Assembly: GCA_009103225.1 (NCBI GenBank)
Contig: RHPI01003389.1
Span: 1-64,000, forward strand
Reading direction: 5' to 3'
Origin: Chlorokybus atmophyticus
Lineage: Eukaryota; Plantae; Mesostigma and Chlorokybus algae
Length of the DNA: 64,000 bases
The position numbers were made by a program, and so were the translations under genes. Shown one piece after another: positions 60,531 to 64,000 of this stretch (position 1 is the stretch's first letter; the number at the start of each line of letters is the position of its first letter). The notes beneath the pieces are model-generated. The model saw only the letters and a program-made list of their open reading frames with translations, searched no databases and was not told where the DNA came from.

Positions 60531-61941
60531 TCATCGTCTCTTCTGTCGCGCTCGCTCGCGTGCCCGAGCGAGCCCGCTGCTGTCGTCGTCATCATCGTCA
60601 TCATCTTGCAACACTGGTTTCTACACGCGCGTGAACCATATCAATATACTTGGATGCTAGTGCGAAAAGAGGCGAGCGCGCACAATACCACATGCGCACA
60701 TGAACAATTACCTGCACGCATCATCACGTGCATGCAAGTAGAGACAGACACACATGCACATGCACACTCACACTCGCTCCCGGTCGTGCACACACACGGA
60801 TGAATGGCATGGTGTGCTATTGTTGGGTGAGAGTGTTGAGCGTGCCGTTGCGTACTCTGTCTATGCATACTTGCATAATGCAACTTGCTACGCATACACA
60901 GTGCTGTATTTCTGACCTGTATGTGACATAGTGAGCACCACGCACGCACGCACGCACGCACGCACGCGACAACACTCACCGGCACTGCAGGTGCAGCGGG
61001 CTCTCGCGCGGCTCCTCCCCTCCCGACAGATGACACGTGCATTGCCCCCGGCGGCAGTGCTCCCGTGGGGATGTTGTGCAGGCGGGGGTAAGGGATGCCG
61101 TAGTGCACGGCGTATTCCGCGCGGCTCTCTGCCTCAAACACCTGTGAGTTGACATTCTCATCAACTCCCGCAACACAAACTTCTTGTGCAGACAATATCA
61201 CGCCGTGTAATCACACTGTAAGTACAATGCATAATCTGCAGCAAACCGATGACACGCTGTGCACTTGGTTGGTTGCAACTGCTTGTGTAGTGAGTACACA
61301 CACAAACACGCGTACCAGAGCTTCTATCTTCTTGGGGTCTGTTTCATCTCGGTGCTGCCGGAATATGCTGCGAGCCTCACCCTGCTTGCGCAGATAAACA
61401 TTAGAAAAACAACATTCAATAACACACGAAACACCGTCAGTTTCCTTGTTTGTTTGTTTGTTTCTTTGATGTTTGTTATTGATTGTTTACATCTCTACAT
61501 CAACGCGCATTCCTTTCAGCTAGCAAGCAATTTGTGCGTGCAAACTCGCATTCTGTGAGGCGAAAGAGCAGGATTTAGTAGACGTGCAACGGCGTGGATC
61601 ACACACGACAAGCATGGCAATGCGCGATAACACTCAAAAAGACAATTTGACCTCATACGCACGTGTGTACAAACTTGCTCTCTCATTTGCCAGAGTCAAG
61701 ACTAGGGTTTGAGATTACTGTACACGGGAGTAGTGGCATGAGAGCGAGAGACATGCACCCGGCTGCGCAAGCATGCGGGGATCAACGCCATGTGTGTGCG
61801 CAACAGGAGTGGACATACCCCGTACGCATAGCAATTGTCCCAACTCACCTGTATGTAGGCTTTCTCTTCCGCTGGTCCCGCCCAGTCCCGCCCAACCCTC
61901 AGCGCCCTCCTGTACGCAGCCAACACCCGCGCCCGCTGCAT
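60531..61941 (-). CDS. LYRM1: LYR-motif protein, LYRM1-like
   Basis: Four in-phase exons: MQRARVLAAYRRALRVGRDW..EEKAYIQ | GEARSIFRQHRDETDPKKIEAL | VFEAESRAEYAVHYGIPYPRLHNIP... | KPVLQDDDDDDDD...RQKRR*. Confidence 0.82.
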
Positions 61942-62001
61942 GCCTGCATGTGCATGCCTGCATGTGCATGTGTGTGTGTGTGTGTGTGTGTGCTCCTCGC
62001 T

Positions 62002-62009
62002 AACCCTAA
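62002..62009 (+). promoter_or_regulatory. Telo-box-like AACCCTAA upstream of the LYR gene
   Basis: The motif lies about 60 bp upstream of ATG61941; a related ctagggttt is in intron 1 (~61702). Confidence 0.45.
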
Positions 62010-63264
62010 ATCCCAACATGGTGTTACCCTCTCGCTTGTTGTGCTTGTGCACAGTGGCTGCCAGATGGCGCCAATCGACGCAGCTGACAGTCAGCGCACG
62101 GCTGATACGCCTGTTAGACGAATAGGAAGTTCCGTTTCCGGGTCTTGTCTCAACTAACGGACAGATCCTAACCGGGCTTTGTCATCTGAGTAAGGAAGAT
62201 CAACGTGATACCGATACAGCCGTTGATATCCAGCGTATCTGCCGCGTAAACCTGCTCAATGTCAGCGCGGAAGAATGCCTCTCACGCGCTTACGCCGACA
62301 GAGTTGCGCAACTCGCGGCCAAACGACGCGTCTGGCAAGCGTACCGCACTTGGGGAAAACCCCGCGAAAGGATAACGCGTTGCGCGTCGCAACTTCAAAC
62401 TTGAAATCTCCGAATCCACCAAACTTTATGGCCCGTTTCTAGGTTGCGTCGATGACCTGTCGGGTCCAGACTGGACTGGTAGGTAGAGGCTCATCTTATG
62501 CAAATTATTATATTATGTAATTCATACTAGAGGCTCACAAGGCTGTACGATGAGCACAGGCGATAAGCCCCTACCTTAGGGGGGGTCATCCAGGTAGGGG
62601 CCCTGCCTATTGGACACCTGTTAGCCCGGTCTATGTTTTCGAGCATCGCATTCAACCGGATTCTCTAGGTCGGACAAAGCCTAGGTCTGAAAAGGGTTTC
62701 CACCATTCACTTTGCCAAGTTCCTCGCCTTTTTCTTGACGCACTTTCCTCCACTTGCCAAGTGTCCTCGTGCTACGAATTATGTCGGATAGGCCCAGCAA
62801 TGATGTTATGCTAATGATGTGTGACAGTTCAGACAGGCCTGAGGGGGTCCCGTCACATGCGTGGCGCTTTGCCGCCCCTGACGCCGTGACGTGGATAGGT
62901 GCGCCTGTTGGATGTGCTGAAGGCGGCGGCGGCAGCGGCGGCAGTGGGGGTGGAGGAGAGGTTGTCGTCATTGTCGGCGGTGGCTGGGGAGTGTGGGTGG
63001 GGGCTTGAGGGGCACGTAGGGAGTGTGATTTGCGGAGCAGGGTGTCTGCTTGCCTGCGGGGCTTGGTTAGGGTTCGGGGGGTGGGGCTAGGGTTTGGGGA
63101 GCTGGGGGCGGCGGTATGGGCGGGGTTGCCAGTGAGCGCAGGCTGAGGAAACGTCTGTTGATTGTGCATAAGCGTTGACCTTGACGTGAAAGTCGAGTAG
63201 CATTGCGTTGACAGCCGGAAGCCAGCATCCAGGTCGTGTGTATTGCGCCGATCATTCCAGCCAC

Positions 63265-64000
63265 ATGCCTACCCTGGTGCAGCTCCAGGACCAGGTGGCG
63301 ATGGCCTCCTCGTGGCTAAAGGGCGTGCTGAGGCGGCCGAACAAGGAGGATCCGCCGGCTCGCATCCTTACCCCGGAGTAAGCATTGCATGCTATTCAGT
63401 ACGATAGGACATTCATGCTTGTCCAGTAGCCACCACTAACCATCTATGGAGCATGACTAGTCACTGTTGTTTGCTGTAACAATGCTAATGGCTTGGACTT
63501 TGATCGTTCAGACGCATTGGCTGGTTAGGCTGACACATTGTTTACGATTGGAAAGCATGATGGGCAGTTGTCGTGGGATTGTGTCGAATCTGCGTGAGTA
63601 TGGTTGATGAGAAGTGAGGCTTAGTCGCGCATGGACGTATTCTTGCAGGACTACTCTAGGCTGCCTTGGCAGTTGTCTTTGCTGTACCCTGCCTGTGTCT
63701 GCAGCTAATGGAAGGCATGTGTGCACACAGGGAGGCCGCAGTGCAGTTGGAGGAAGCGCTGAGGTGTCGTTTTGGGAAGCAGTTGTCAGGGCGAGCAGGC
63801 AACATGAATGCAGTGCTTAGCGACGGGTATGGTGTTTGCACAGACTCAACAATATCAGATGGTTGGTTAACATCACCCAAGTCATTCAGCACCAAACTGA
63901 TCATGTCTGCACAGCAACATGGCACTGTTGCGATACTACTGGCTGCTGCTCATCACTGCTGTAACATCCACATAGCCTGTGCAGGTTTGAGCATCGCTGA
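63265..64000 (+). CDS. 5' part of an unidentified gene (runs off the window)
   Basis: ATG63265 MPTLVQLQDQVAMASSWLKGVLRRPNKEDPPARILTP ends at a strong gtaag donor (63378). Two telo-box-like motifs lie upstream (63067-63095). Later exons are unresolved. Confidence 0.5.

Noticed and set aside
63060-63100. Telomerase RNA template or interstitial telomere
   Set aside because: Only two isolated telomere-like heptamers, with no recognisable Pol III promoter elements; telo-boxes are the simpler explanation.

Overview
Eukaryotic nuclear DNA with GT-AG introns, many rich in CA/GT repeats. The source is inferred to be a green alga, probably an early-diverging streptophyte: it has plastid-targeted CcdA, DUF760 and CRR42/SipA-like genes, telo-boxes, a land-plant-type TNP gene, and a mucolipin, which land plants lack. 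Bases 1-23.7 kb are an unstable tandem/segmental duplication array. It holds two aldo-keto reductase copies plus an orphan duplicated first exon, a frameshifted zinc-type ADH/quinone-oxidoreductase pseudogene, an orphan MgtE terminal exon and two decayed copies of an unknown gene. Embedded in it is a TIR-NB-ARC-TPR (TNP-type NLR) gene with near-identical 126-bp TPR repeats that vary at a few codons. Bases 26-64 kb are a compact housekeeping block: DIS3/RRP44, CcdA, complex I B14.7/OEP16-3-like, CHD1, DUF760, CRR42/SipA-like, mucolipin (TRPML), LYRM1-like and a partial gene at the right edge. The four N-gaps all abut poly-G/C tracts. The best candidate for a novel system is the algal TNP with a fungal-style hypervariable TPR array. 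All family assignments come from motifs recognised by eye and from memory; no database searches were run.
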